DNA from: Octopus vulgaris
Lineage: Eukaryota
DNA: 64,000 nt
NCBI GenBank assembly: GCA_951406725.2
Contig: OX597814.1
Span: 35,712,001 to 35,776,000 of the forward strand
Direction: 5' to 3'
Part shown: positions 1-14,063 of the stretch, one piece after another
How positions within the stretch are numbered: the first letter of the stretch is position 1
Layout: the number at the start of each line of letters is the position of its first letter
The notes under the pieces: model-generated
Told to the model about the DNA's origin: nothing
What the model saw: only the letters and a program-made list of their open reading frames with translations
The model's database searches: none
Program-made: the position numbers and the translations under genes

Positions 1-441
1 CCAGTTGTGTACTGGGGGTAGATCTAATCGACTGGCTCCATCCCCCAAAATTTAGGCCTTGTGCCTATCACAGGAATCATTATTATTTCAGTTTTCACAT
101 ATCTGGTATTGACTTATCTGTATCTTTTTTTAAGATAGTTTAGTGTAGTTTGAGGTGGATTTGACTGCCATTTCTAGCAGACCATGTGACTACATATAGA
201 TTACTAACCTGCCTTCAAGAACCTTTACTTTTTAACTAAGTCTACAGATGCATGCTGGAATAAATAACCTGACAATAATTTTAGTTCAGAGTGATTGAAA
301 AGAAGCGTAATTCAATATGAATACTAAATAATAATCCTTTATTTTATTGGCACAAGGCCTGAAATCTTGGGGGAGGGAGCCAGTCAATTAGATCGACCCC
401 AGTATGCAACTGGTACTTAATTTATCGACCCCCAAAAAGAT

Positions 442-675
442 GTATTTAATAAAGTATGAGGGGTGATATATGACATGTTGTATGAAAATTTATAGCATGT
501 AGTTGAGAGAAAGGTATGGGAAGCCATAAGGAACAACAGCTACTGAGCACAGCTCCATAATGTAGACATTGTTGAGAGACAGAGAGAAGGAGAGAGAAAG
601 AGGAGAGAGAGAAGGAGAGAGAAAAATATTCATAACCGACATACAGTAATAAGTTAAAACAAAGAGAGAACCCAC
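442..675 (+). repeat. Local direct repeat, copy 1 (~210-230 bp; copy 2 at 1516-1724)
   Basis: gtatttaataaagtatgag...aaagagagaacccact occurs twice, nearly identical except for the length of a GA-rich tract. Confidence 0.9.
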
Positions 676-689
676 TAATATATAGTCTA

Positions 690-1230
690 GTTTCTAAATT
701 TTTATATGCTAGGCCACTAGTAATGGAAATTTCTAATATTTCTGATTGCCCTTTGATATTATTAATTATTGATAATTTTTTTTCTGGATAATTTTCGAAA
801 AGCCGGCATTATTTATTTACTGCCGACAAGGAGCTGCGCTTTTGTGGTAAATTTGAAAAATTAGAATGTATAAGCACAGGGCATATAATGGATTGCCTCG
901 TGTATATACATTTAATCTAAGGTGTACCTGCTGAAGAAGGCTTCACCTAGCAAATTATTTTATTTGCTAATAAAGTCTGAAACCATTGGTCCAGGAGTTA
1001 AATGGTAAATGTTTTTATTTTTCATTCCTTTCAAAATTTTATCCCTAACAGTAGTTTGGAATTTAACTGTTCCCTCTAGCATGAAAGGAGTCCTATGATG
1101 GATGCCTCATGTGTTTAAATGTACACTGTATTTATATGAATAATATATAGTGTATTGACTAAATTTTTACACGCTAGGCTACTAGTAATGGAAATTTCTA
1201 ATATTTTTGATTGCCCTTTGATATAAATTC
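690..1230 (+). mobile_element. Non-autonomous Penelope-like pLTR/retrozyme-like unit with ~65-bp terminal direct repeats and an internal hammerhead
   Basis: ctaaattttta..gctagg..actagtaatggaaatttctaatattt.tgattgccctttgatat at 694-759 and 1159-1224; HHR motif at 927-995. Confidence 0.65.
927..995 (+). ncRNA. Type I hammerhead ribozyme
   Basis: cctg-CTGAAGA-aggct..(tagcaaat/atttgcta hairpin)..agtct-GAAA-ccattgg-TC-cagg; stem I cctg/cagg, intact core, GUC cleavage triplet. Confidence 0.8.
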
Positions 1231-1515
1231 TAAATATATATAAAAAACATTAACTAAGTTTAAAATTTTAGGTCTGCAAGTCCTGAAAATTATAAACATA
1301 ATCAATATTTGCTGTTGCATCAACTAAAACATTTAATTAATGTAATGAATCTGTCAATCTTCCCATACTTCTCATACCTGTTAGTGCTATTAATTTACAC
1401 ATAACTAATATTTTCTTCATGCTTGCAGGAACAGCAAATATCTTAGAAAAAGCAGTACTTTCTCAAATAATCATGCTGAAGGAAGACTGTCTCCATTTCA
1501 TAAGCATTCTAAAAG

Positions 1516-1724
1516 TATTTAATAAAGTATGAGGCGTGATATATGACATGTTGTATGAAAATTTATAGCATGTAGTTGAGAGAAAGGTATTGGAAGCCAT
1601 AAGGAACAACAGCTACTGAGCACAGCTCCATAATGTAGACATTGCTGAGAGACAGAGAGAAGGAGAGAGAAAAATATTCATAACCGACATACAGTAATAA
1701 GTTAAAACAAAGAGAGAACCCACT
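1516..1724 (+). repeat. Local direct repeat, copy 2 (of 442-675)
   Basis: Direct sequence match to 442-675. Confidence 0.9.
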
Positions 1725-1738
1725 GTGGACAGCATTAA

Positions 1739-2294
1739 CCCATTAACATTTAAGCCAGCCACATCTGGCCAAAATATTCTACTTGTTTTATGTTCAAACT
1801 GGCCAGATCTGGCTTCTCACACTTACCCTACAATATTATTCTGAAAATAAACACTCACGTCATTGAAATTTTAAAGCTACAACATAATGCATGACTAATT
1901 CAAGTTGATTTGATTAAGTAAGCATTACACCTGACAGTGAAGGTGCGCGGCTTAGTGGTTAGGGCATTCGGCTCATGATTGCAAGGTCGTGAGTTCGATT
2001 CCCGGTGACACATTGTGTCTTCGAGTAAGACACTTTATTTCATATTGCTCCAGTTCACTCAGCTGGCAAAAATGAGTTGTACCTGTATTTCAAAGGGCCA
2101 GCCTTGTCACACTCTGTGTCACGCTGAATCTCCCTGAGAACTACATTAGGGGCACGCATGTCTGTGGATTGCTCAGTCACTTGCACGTTAATTTCACAAG
2201 CAGGCTGTTTCATTGATCGTATCAGCTGGGACCCTCACCGTCGTGACCGACAGAGTGCTCCCACACCTGACAGAATGATCTAAATACTAAAAGG
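1739..2294. mobile_element. piggyBac-like MITE (TTAA-flanked), interrupted by a SINE
   Basis: TTAA|CCCATTAACATTTA ... TAAATACTAAAAGG|TTAA imperfect TIRs with TTAA at both ends. Confidence 0.6.
1938..2262 (+). mobile_element. tRNA-derived SINE (body 1 + tail A) with 11-bp TSD
   Basis: A box ggcttagtgg, B box gttcgattcc; TSD acacctgacag at 1927-1937 and 2263-2273. Confidence 0.85.
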
Positions 2295-5086
2295 TTAATA
2301 GCAAGAAATGAATAACAGATAAATAGTACTGATAGCTTAGTTACAGATGAAGGATCAGTAGGTATGACCTTTGTGTAGTACTTCTGAACTGATGAGAAAA
2401 GGAAGGAGTAATCTGCAGACCAAAAACTCAATTGGTTAAAATCTCTGCAATTGCCAGGTTCTGCTAAAGTCACCCAAGTTCCAGGTGGTAGTTTTAAACT
2501 GGACAATAGATAAGGTCTTTGATCCAAGAATATATATATCATTAATACATCTGACAGGCTTCTACACAACTTCTATCTTGCCAGTTTTGTTCACACAGCT
2601 TTAATCTAACCTGAAATTAGAGCAGAAGACACTTGGCCAAAGGGCCATGCTCAAGGATCAAATCCAAAACTATGTAATTGTGAAGCAAACTCCTCAGCCA
2701 CATAATGGTTGAGCAACTAATATGCAAGAAGATTACGATTACAGTGAGATAATAAAAATGAACCACAGATTGAAATTATTCCAAGATTTCCTCAGGTCTG
2801 AGGAAAATGGATATTGCTACTTTGGACAGCATTTCCATAACAGTTGATGGACATTAATTAACTCAAAGATCTGTGGAAATACCTGGAGATATATGACAAG
2901 GCCTCAAATATCATTCAAGGAATATATATTGAAATATTGGAAAAGTGCTAAAATGAAGTAGAACCTGAAGTTTAACTAAGACTGGAAGTGTCAATACTTT
3001 ACAAAATTCAATTTAATTTGAAGGTCGTTTGCAGACAGGCCAAATGTTACAATAAACACATAAATGTATCTGTAAAATTCTGAAATTCTAAATTGAATAT
3101 TTATTATCTTAATTCTCTCCATTAGATAATTATTTTGAAATTAAAATTTTAAAAGCTCCAATCTATAGCTCTTTGATTCATCTAGTTCTTTGATTTATCT
3201 AGTTTTTATGGTTTATATATATAACAACATCATCATCATCATCATTGTTTTATGCTTGGTTTGCATGACTGGATGCCTTTTCTGACACTAACCACTCTAC
3301 AGAGGGTAAAGGGTGCATTTACCCTCTGTAAATCAAGAGGGCAAGATACATCTACATATATGTGTGTGTGTATATCAATGACTTAATTGCTTCCATATTC
3401 AGCAATGCCTGCTCTTTTACAGATGACATTACCCTTTATTTCTCCTCAACTTTTCCCAATCATGCATTTTCTATAGCCTAGCCATATCATGCTAAACCTG
3501 CATTAATACCTTGAAAGCATTCTTCAGTGGGTCCATGACAATTTCATTTCTTTTAGCAGCATAAAATGCTGAATCACTACTCACATAAATAAAAAAAATA
3601 CCAGTGTACCAATGTCCCACTAAATGCCAGCAGAAATCTGCTAGGAAACTCACTCACTCCAAATGCTGAGTCTCTGTTACCAGTGATGATCTCTCTTTGT
3701 GAAAGCACATCCTTAACATTGCTAGGATCACATTCTCAGAAATAAAATTTATTTCATCCTTCACCTGATACTGGTATTTTACACGTGTGACTCCAAGTCA
3801 TGTACTATAACTATACCTGGAATAGTAAACATTGAAAGAAGAAATGCCTGGTCACTACTGTATATCATTTATGGCTTAGAATTAGAATTTTACTGCCTTG
3901 GTTTAAAATATGTGGCCTTTAAAAATCTTCTGCGAGAATCTCATAAATAAATAAGCTGCTGTGATACTATTGAAGATTTTGCCTTAATATAATTTGCCTA
4001 TGTATATCCTGGCAGAATGCATTCTTCTTACTTTTGTATCAAAGGAAAAAGTAGAGTTAACAGTACGAGGAAAGAAAAGACAATAGTTTACTAGTGCTGC
4101 TCTTACTCTCTGTTATTGTGTTGCAAGTAATCTGTAACAGTCAAGTGGACAGGTCTCCTGAAAGTTAAGCTAATGAAATTCTTGTATAATATTCTTATTC
4201 CTTATATAAAAGAGCTCTGTTATACAAATAGGCTGACTGGGTTGTTGAGTAAGTAGTAGATTGGCTGAAGACACAGCAGAATACCATGAGAATATGAACT
4301 TTTGAACCCAGGACCAGTAAGTAAGCATCATATTAACTTGGTGATCTGTGACTCTACTATTCCCATATGCTATTTAAATAAATTTTCCTTTGATTATAAG
4401 AAAACCAGTGCTGTCAAATTCCTTTACAGGCCAATGTTAATCCTTAGGAAGAGCAATTAACGTTGCTAAAGAAACATTGTTAGAAGCAATCAATCATGCT
4501 TAACCATATAGCTGTAAGAATGGCAAATTAAGCACAATTCCTCAGACGGAGAGAAGTTAGTAGCTGTTAAATTGATTTCATTCTTTCAAAGATAATATAG
4601 TTTGCAAAAATTGTATTATATAAGCTCAGAGCCAGGTTTTATAGAAAACAAAGCTGTAATGAAGTGAATGGAATTTTGTATATTACTGGTACTTATTTCT
4701 GTACAGCACAGGAGTGTAGTTAAATGCATTATTCCAAGAAGAATTCAAATGTTAAATTGGAAAAGTTGAAACTAAACTCTCACTACTAGCATTGCCAACA
4801 ACATAAACTACACATTTGCTCCATCAATAGTGGCCAACAACAGTAACCACAATGTGACTGACACATCCACTACTATCATTATTGTAATAAAAACAAATGT
4901 TACAACAGCTCCCATAAACTATAATACTGTATCCACCATCAACTCTATCACCAACAAAAGAAACATCTTTGCTGCCACTTTCTCCACCAACATATACAAG
5001 ACAATATTTGTTTTCCATCAATGTAGAAGTCAGGTAGAAACATAGACACCCTCTTCAGGGACCTGACTTGCTCAAACCATCAAAAG

Positions 5087-5378
5087 TTGTTTGTTCCTTC
5101 TCAAGCCATGCCTGGCTCATAAGGGCCAGTTTCCCAGTTTCCTTGGCATATAGGTTCACCACCTGGACAGGACGCTGGTCCATCACAGGTGAGCTGCAAG
5201 ATGCAGGAGGAAAGAGTGAGAGAAAGTTGTGGTGAAAGAGTCAGCAGAAGTTCGCTGGAGCTGTGTGGAGCTTATGTGTTCCGCTCATAAGCACACACAT
5301 CGCCCGGTCTGAGATTCGAACCGGTGATCCCTCAACTATGGGTCCACTGCTCTAACCACTAGGCCATGTGCCTCCACT
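5087..5378 (-). mobile_element. tRNA-derived SINE (body 2 + tail B) with 13-bp TSD
   Basis: Minus-strand tggcctagtgg (A box) and ggttcgaatc (B box); TSD aaaccatcaaaag at 5074-5086 and 5379-5391. Confidence 0.85.
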
Positions 5379-6684
5379 AAACCATCAAAAGAGAAATCAT
5401 AAGTAGGATCCACAATTACAGATTCATGAACTGAAAGACCAGATTAGTCAACAAACTTACTTAGTTCAGACAATGAAATATGTGAAGAATGGGGCTCTAT
5501 ATAGCATGTGAAAGAAGAAAGACAATCCGGAACAGTTGTGACCCTATGTTTTAATTAAAATGTGATTAAAATTAGCTACAAAAACATGCTCTGCTAGACA
5601 GTTATTATTACTGTTATCCTATATGGGTGGTAAGTAACCAAAATGACAGCAATATACCACCTGAAATTAATATAAAAGTACACCATCATGATTCTAGGGA
5701 AGCATGAAAATATCATTTATCTAAGATCAATACCCCAAAAGCTAGTCAAAACTCGAAGGGTGGGGCAGGCGTTGATCACTATTAGAAACACACACAAGAT
5801 TCCTGACTTAGTTTACTTCAAGAGTGGTGATTCTATAAAATTCGTGTAGAGAGTTATGTGCCATACTAGCAGTAGCACCAAACAACAGAGCGCTTTCTGT
5901 CTTGAAATGAAAGAAATGAAACTTCCACCTCTCTACCAACACCACAGCCACAATAACATCAACAGAAAGAGTAGTACTAATACCATTAGCAAATTTCTGA
6001 GGCAGTGAAGAAGATAACTATCACTACCTTCAATGCATGAAACCTCAAATGAGTTTTTCCTTCCTACAAGAACAACATCAATATCACCACCAATGCAAAT
6101 ATGGACATGCGCAAACCAGTCATCCCTATTTTTTCCCTGTAGATTATCAGCAAATAATAACGGGGAAGAGGGGAACAGTATATGAGTGTTTGTATCCCTC
6201 TCTCTCTCCATCAATCTATCTTTCTATGCACACGCACACACACACACATGCACACCTGCATACAGATGTGTGGTGTGTACATGTGTGCCTCCAAATGTGT
6301 GTGTGTATGTGTGTGTGTGCATTTTTTTTCTGATCTAACCTGGCATTTTTGATTTTTGGTCATTGTTCTTTCACTTTTATTTGACAATCATGAATTCAAA
6401 AATATACAATCTCCTCATCCACACAACAAAACATTTCTTATTGCACCATAATACTGACAGATTTGACAAGCTTTATTTGACATAATAATCTATACGTGAT
6501 GCATATCTATAGTTCTAATTTCTCATTTTACATTTTTAAAATGTTATAATCTCCAAGTTAATCCACATATATTGAAAGCCTAGGAAGAAAAAATAAACGG
6601 AAAATTTAACAAGAGAAATGCTTTTCAGCCATCTATCTCCTCACAGATATCTACCTCTCTTCTTTATCTCTTACACACACAGAA

Positions 6685-6783
6685 GTATACATGTATGTAT
6701 ACACATATATACAAACACATACATACAAAACATATATGGATATAACACACACACACATACATACGTACATATGTATGTATGTG

Positions 6784-6867
<84 letters not shown>

Positions 6868-7023
6868 CACACATGTATATATGTATATATATATATATAT
6901 CTATATATATACACACACACACACATATATATATGTATATATATATGTATATATATATATGTATATATATATGTATATATATATATATGTATATACATAT
7001 ACATACGTACATATGTATATATG

Positions 7024-7071
<48 letters not shown>

Positions 7072-7120
7072 CATACATTCATATATACAAACACACAGAC
7101 ACATACACATGTACATACAT
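6685..7120. repeat. Compound (TA)n/(CA)n/(TATG)n microsatellite
   Basis: Directly visible; source of the Y/I-rich spurious ORFs. Confidence 0.95.
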
Positions 7121-7682
7121 AAAACTCTACTTGCATAACAGGTGTGGTGGGGACCAGAGGTAAGTTGACAGAGAAGGCAGACTTCTTCCATGACATATGT
7201 ACAGGCATAGTTACCAGTATGAATGCATGTGAAACAAATTCTGTCAAATGCTCAGAAGGTACACTTGTCGTAGTTGATAACTTTTATAATATTGATGACC
7301 TAATTGATAGCAGAGATGAAGGCTACTAGAATACTATTAGTCAAAATAAGAACATTTGTATACAAAGTGCATTGCTACATGGTAATGGGATTGGTGAATG
7401 AATGCTCTGTTGGATGTGTAATACCACTGTGCATGAACAGCAAACCACAAATGAATTGAAAGGAAAGCAGAGTAGGCACGTACTTTTATGGAGATGCTAA
7501 TTGTATAAAGAAGTGCTGAGCACTTGAAATAGGTGAAACTGTAATTGCTCAACTTGTTGATATGATTTTCTGACCAGAATAAATCACACATTCCTATACA
7601 CCATGATTCCTCATGTTTCATAGTTTTTTGACATTTAACAATAACTATTTCTGTTATTTGTTTCTGGGAAGGAATTTCAACC

Positions 7683-8110
7683 ATGTTTCGTGGTCTGCTA
7701 CCACAACAGCTCCTTTATAGGATCCAGTTAGCTCAAGACATCATCAGGAGAAACTACGTCCGGTTTCGGCCCTTAGTCCTCTACCGTTTTGACATGGCGG
7801 GGTCTCCCCTTTCGGAAGTGTCTTCAGCTCTGGTGTTGGGTGCATGTCTTCTTTCTTCTTCTTTCTTCTGTTCCCTGGCCTCTTCGATGTAGCGTCAACG
7901 AGTGTCAGTGGGCGACTGACTGTCTTGTCAAACTTTTTCCTTTAAATACCTGCTGCTAGGCTCCAGCAGGCAGCCCCAGCAAGTTGTCATGTGACACTGT
8001 CTCAACTTTAACTGACCAATAAAGGCACGTAGTCTTAACCCACGTAATCTCTAAACAAGACCATCACCTGTCAATCAGCAAAGCTAATTCAGTGTCAGCT
8101 TATCTACATT
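7683..8110 (-). mobile_element. GC-richer island, probable Penelope pLTR remnant with degenerate hammerhead-like motifs
   Basis: Minus strand ctac-aTCGAAGA-ggcc...ggcc-GAAA-ccgg-ac-gtag (7754-7892), a second CTGATGA...GAAAC (7685-7747), and CCAAT/TATA-like motifs. Confidence 0.4.
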
Positions 8111-9130
8111 CTCCTATACTACATTCTCCTACTCATCTACTTCAATAGTTTCTTGGGATACTTCTCTCCATCGATCCACATGATTCCAAATGACATGGAT
8201 GCCAGCCATCATCATTCTAAGTTTCTGTATCATAATTAACCAATGACAAGTATTTTCCTTTTACCTTTGGCTGTGTGGTCATAATTTCTTCTTTCTATTA
8301 TTTTCATTCATTCATTTTACACTCCACCATTTTATTTCCGTCTGGCTTCATTATTATCTTTTAATACTATCAATGGCATCATTATTTTTAAATCCCTCCA
8401 ACAACTTTATTGGTGACTTCAAGCTTTTCATTTGACAGAACTTCATACTTTTTTTCCTTTATTGCATCTGTGTCTTCCTCACTTCCTCAGGTTTTCTAAC
8501 TACAGTTTCTGCATCATCTTGCCTTTTTGTTCATGCGCATTTTAATCAATTTACATGGATGCATCCTGTTGAATGCCCCCTCTATGTCTAAATACAAAGT
8601 GCCTTTCTCTAACCAACAGATCCATGGTATCTTTTGATGTTTTGTCATCTATAATAGATTTAGTCACCAGCAACAAAATCATTCATTAGTCTAATTCCTT
8701 GAAGTTCTCTCCACAATTTTCACTTGCTCTTACTTCCACGGAAATTTCTTGCTGTATGAAGAGAATTTAAATATATAATCATGTCACTACTTGTGGTTTC
8801 CAGGAAATAAGTAAGCAGTCAGAATTAGATGATTGTATGTTAACATTGGAATCAAATACAACTTCATTTGGACTAGTCTTGAGTGATTCTGGAATGGAAT
8901 TGTTTGCACTAAGAGCCCACACCAAGGTTACTCCCAACTCACACTTCTCCTTTCCTAATGTTTTCTACATTGCTTCAGTCATTATCCTGTTGGGACACTC
9001 CACAGTGCCATTGCTAAATGGATTGTCTGCAGCAGTGGCACATATTTCAATATTCAATATTTAATTCAACTCTTGGTCGTAGTAACCCCAACTGTTGCAT
9101 AGAAATAAACCAGGAGTTCCAAAATAAGAG

Positions 9131-9235
<105 letters not shown>

Positions 9236-10643
9236 ATCTTCATCATTGTTGTCATGATCATCTTCATGTTAACTTTGGCGATAGAAAACGCTACAGAGTT
9301 TTCTATAGCCATGTGCCCTTCCTAACACACACCCTATCTGTTTCCAAGTAAAGTAATAATCTCCCAGTCTATCATACAACTAATAACTTATGTGTTGAAG
9401 TTTGGGTTGCCTAGATTAGTCAATTTTTTTGGAAGATATAACAGCACGTTTGAAACCAACTTGCATACTAATGGTCAGAGGTACATATTATCACACAAAT
9501 ACTTGCACATACATAACTTATGCACATAAAGAGTCAGGGAACTTGCATCTGTGGATTATGTGATATGCATACAAAACCTGATTTAAATGAAAGGAAAACT
9601 ACATCTCAATGAATGACACCTAGTTTGAAAGATGTCATTTGCTTTTGTCTCAGTTATGATTTTTCTTTCATATTTATACTCTTCTCAAGAGCATCGTTTT
9701 TGAGAAATATGCATATTCTTGCCAAAATTCATCAACAAAGAATATGGTCAATTGAATGCCACCAGCAAAACCAAAAACCCCAATCATTTCCAGTTTTGTT
9801 GTCTGCAACACAAATATTTTATTTGAATGGAATTGGAAGGAAACAAATATTGATACTTAAAGACATTTAACCCCCCACCCACAAAAAAAAAATATATAAA
9901 AGCTAAAAGAAAGGAAAGCAACACCAATGAAACAAAAGAAATAATACAAAAATAAATTCCATTCAAGTAAGAACAAACAAAAAAAGAGAGTTTTATAACC
10001 GGAGGCTGTGATGAATATTATTAACTTGTGAAAACAATATCAAACATGGTGTTTTGAAAGATGAAGAAAGGCTATTAGAATATTAATGAAATGAAATAAT
10101 TGTACAATTTTTCCCTTACAAACCTCTTTCTGAACAAATCTCTGAACAAAAACAAAAAAACAAAAAAAAAAGAAATAAAGAAATAAAAATTATTTTTTAT
10201 TTCTTCCAACCCAATTAAAGTATTTTATAAAATAAAAACTGAAACAAACACACACTTTCAATATTGAAATAAAAAAAAAATGCTTTTATTACCATTTCAG
10301 TTGAAGAAAAATATAAAATCTAAGTAGTGAAAATATACTGGAATTAAGGAATATTTTTTCTTTTGTGGTAATTTTCTTGTTGTTAGGAAGATTTTAGTTA
10401 AATATTGCATAAGAATGAAATTATTCTCATGGTTATCCAAAATGCTAGAAACAGCTGCAAAATCTCCTTCAAATGACACTGTATATCTTGGAAAAGAGAA
10501 CAACATTAAGTAAAGCATTCCTAGATGAAAGTGTAGCATGGTCGTCACCCACAAACGAGAATTATATGAGAGTTCATATGCTTTTGCTAATTGTTTTCCA
10601 TGGCCATAAAGTTATGAGCAGATATTTACATCTTCATGATCTA

Positions 10644-10844
10644 CTCTTTTACTTGTTTCAGTCATTTGACTGTGGCCATGCTGGAGCACAACCTTTAGTC
10701 GAGCAAATCGACTGCAGGACTTATTCTTTGTAAGCCTAGTACTTACTCTATCAGTCTCTTTTGCCGAACCGCTAAGTTACGGGTATGTAAACACACCAGC
10801 ATTGGTTGTCAAGCGATGTTGGGAGGACAAGCACAGACACACAA

Positions 10845-10875
<31 letters not shown>

Positions 10876-11048
10876 CATATATACGATGGGCTTCTTTCAG
10901 TTTCTGTCTACCAAATACATTCACAAGGCTTTGGTCGGCCCGAGGCTATAGTAGAAGACACTTGCCCAAGGTACCACGTAGTGGGACTGAACGTGGAACC
11001 ATGAAATTTGTAAGCAAGCTAATTACCACACAGCCACTCCTACGCCTA
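10644..11048 (-). mobile_element. tRNA-derived SINE, family A (internal CA/TA microsatellite)
   Basis: Minus head ggagtggctgtgtgg...ggttcagtcccact-like; near-identical copies at 30593, 34750, 51078. Confidence 0.9.
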
Positions 11049-12214
11049 TTTGTCTACAATTGATGCTGGAGATTGTTAGAGATGTGACAGTTTAAGGGAG
11101 AGAAAGGGTTGCACCAGCAATCACTTGGTACTCATTTTTCAGCTAAGGAGACTCAAGTAATACAAAATGATAAACCTTGCTTAAGGACACTGAGTCTGAG
11201 TATTAAATCTATGACTTTATGACCACATGTCTAATGCCCTAACCACAAAGCCACACACCTAGTGGTCAGATATACATTAAAAGAAAGGCGAGATTTTTGA
11301 TCACTGGACTGCTTACTTAGGAATGACTTTGGGCTAAATAACATATTTATGGTTAGGTTGTTTTTGCTTAGGATCACATTGGCCATGTCCAACCAGATTT
11401 TTGAAGTGAAGGTATTTCAACCAAGATCATCTCATCTCAGTTACACTATTCAATGTAAAGTTCTTTTGATTATAAGGTAAGAGAAATTTAGGAGAGATAC
11501 AACTGCTATTTCTAGCAGATCGAGAGAATGAGTAGAAAAGCTTTTACAGGCTCATAGATTTGCCTGTGTACAATTAGATGGAATTAGACTATGACATTTA
11601 TTACCAAGGAAAGAGGGTAGCAACAGTGTGACAGGATGCTGATCTGAATCTCTACAACATCCAACCTTGAAATGTGTTGTTGCTAAATATTTACATTACT
11701 GAAAAATTACCATTCATTTTAATTGAATTACAGGAATAATAGAAGTAGCTATGAGAAAGGACAAAGATTAAGGGGAATATGATACTGAACTGGAGAAATA
11801 TGGTTTCAAAGACAGTAAATTGGGTGAGCCATGGAAGCATCTGACAGAATGATTTATGGTATTTGTTCTGGCTCACTGCGTTCTGAGTTCAAATCTCATC
11901 AAAGTCAAATTTGCTTTTATCATTCCAGGAGTTGGTTGATTGGTGGAATTGTTAGAATGGTAGATGAAGGACTTTACAGCATTTGTCTCTTGCTCCTTGC
12001 ATTCTAAGCTCATTGCCATATGAAAGGATAAACACTGAGGTAAATAGGATATGGAGACTGGTATCAGTATGGCATTTGTTACCATCCTTGTTACAAAGTC
12101 TACTTTTCCATACTTACATGTGTCAGAAGAGACTATGATGGGGTTAAGTATTTTTATAGATAGATGCATGGTCCTGTGTAAGGATGACATGCAAATTCGT
12201 GAAATGTTCCATAT

Positions 12215-12500
12215 TTTTGCCTGCTGGTGCCATGTAAAAAGCACCCAACACACTCTGTAAAGCAATTGGTACTAGGAAGGAAATTCAGCTGTAAAAACTA
12301 AACCAAATCAGACTGGAACCAGTTGCAGCTCTCCTGCTTGCCAGCACTGGGCAAACTGTCCAGCCCATACCAGCATGGAAATTGGATGTTAAATGATGAT
12401 GACGGTGAGGATGAGGATGACGACGACGACGACGATGATGATGATGATGATGACAATGACGACGATGATGATGATGAGAAGGAGGAGGATGAGGATGATG
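12215..12500 (+). mobile_element. Diverged RTE-type 3' end fragment with (GAT/GAC)n tail
   Basis: gtaaaaagcaccc...ccagcatggaa...gttaaatgatgat matches the 3' UTR of the RTE at 21011. Confidence 0.6.
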
Positions 12501-12654
12501 CCTATTTCTGAGCATGGTAATTAATCTCCTTGTTTATCAAACAACAAACTGTCCAGATATAGTTACATGGAGAACTGGAAACAAACAACAGCATTTTGAA
12601 TACGTGCTTTGTTTACAAAGTTCATGCAGCATATCAACATACATCAAGACACTG

Positions 12655-12935
12655 GTGAAGGCATGGTGGTGGCTTCGTGGTTAGGGTGTTTTTTTGCTCA
12701 CAATCATAAGGTTGTGAGTTCAATTCCTGGTGGTGTGTTGTGTCCTTGAGCAAGATACTTTATTTCGCATTACTCCAATCTATTCAACTGCCAAAAATAA
12801 GTTGTACTTGCAATTCAAAGGACCAACTGAATCTCCCTGTGAGTGTGTCTGTGGAGTGCTCAGCCACTAGCACGTTAATTTCATGAGCAGGTTGTTCCAT
12901 TGGAACCCTCATCATCATAACCAACAGAGTGCCAC
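12655..12935 (+). mobile_element. tRNA-derived SINE (body 1 + tail A), diverged
   Basis: Similar to 1938-2262. Confidence 0.7.
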
Positions 12936-13792
12936 TTTTTTTTATATCAAGAAACCTGGATGTGCTTTTGTGGTAGAATACAAGCAAACACCACAGCTTA
13001 TATGAATTGAGATGGTTCTGTTTACAAATAGCAAATACTTATGTAGACAAAAGGAAATACGAACTCACACTTGCATACACATACTCATTTAAATAGATAG
13101 ATATTGTGATCACATGATCGAAATTTAAGCCTGATCACACCATTTATTTGTCTGGCTTCACAGTATAAACCTGGCCTCCCCACTAGCAATGTGCACCAAA
13201 GAAGAACAGGCTAATCAGATATGAGATAATAACAATTCAAAGTAAATAACTCTGAAAAGCGCTTTTGTGTGTTCCCAAAGAATATTACCCTGAGGGACAA
13301 TAGTGTTGGTATATTCGTGAATAAGTCAATAACCGAAATTAGTCAATTTTAGTCAAGTGAACTGATCCCGGTAATTGTCATTTTTTAAGCCTAGTACTCA
13401 TTCCATCGGTGTCTCTTGCTGAACCACTAAGCTACAATGATATAAACACACCAACACTGGTTGTCAAGCAGTGGTGGGAGACAAAGGCAGACACAAAGAC
13501 ACGCACACACACACAGAGGAGAAGCTTCTGTCAGTTTTAGTCTAACAGATCCACTTACAAGACGTCTGTACCATACAGTGGGAGCGAACCCAGAACAATG
13601 TGGTTTGGAAGAAAGATCCTTACCACATAACCATAGGTTTCTTTCGAATTCTGAGTTGACAAATCATTTATTTCTTTATTGTTATTTCAAGTTATGTTTA
13701 AAGGTATTATTTTAATGCTTCTAGAAAAATTATCTTTGCAAATTTCTACTAGTTCTTTTTAAGGGAAATTAGTCATTCTATGATTCTTACAT

Positions 13793-14063
13793 ATGTGGAG
13801 ATGCATGGCTTAGTGGTTAGGGTGTCAGCATCAGGATCGTAAGATTGTGGTTTCGATTCCTGGACCGGGTGACGCATTGTTTTCTTGAGCAAAACACTTC
13901 ATTTCATGTTGCTCCAGTCCACTCAGCTGGTAAAAATGAGTAACGCTGCGATGAACTGGCATCCCATCCAGCTAGGTAATACATACACCATAGAAACCAG
14001 GAAACCGGGCCCATGAGCCTGGCTAGGTTTTAAAAAGGGCACATTTATTTTTTTTCTTTTATA
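13793..14063 (+). mobile_element. tRNA-derived SINE (body 1 + tail B) with 10-bp TSD
   Basis: A box tggcttagtgg, B box tttcgattcc; TSD attcttacat at 13783-13792 and 14064-14073. Confidence 0.8.

Noticed and set aside
1941-2010. tRNA gene-like A/B boxes (also 13797, 34750, 48110)
   Set aside because: SINE heads that continue into a body/tail, several with TSDs; no complete cloverleaf
3370-3830. Very old LINE RT remnant (ttacagatgac, ADD-like)
   Set aside because: Too degenerate to support by eye
6618-7247. Y/I/C/V/H/T-rich ORFs here and at 23.0-23.7, 35.7-37.4, 60.1-60.6 and 61.7-62.2 kb
   Set aside because: Translations of (TA)n/(CA)n microsatellites, which lack stop codons
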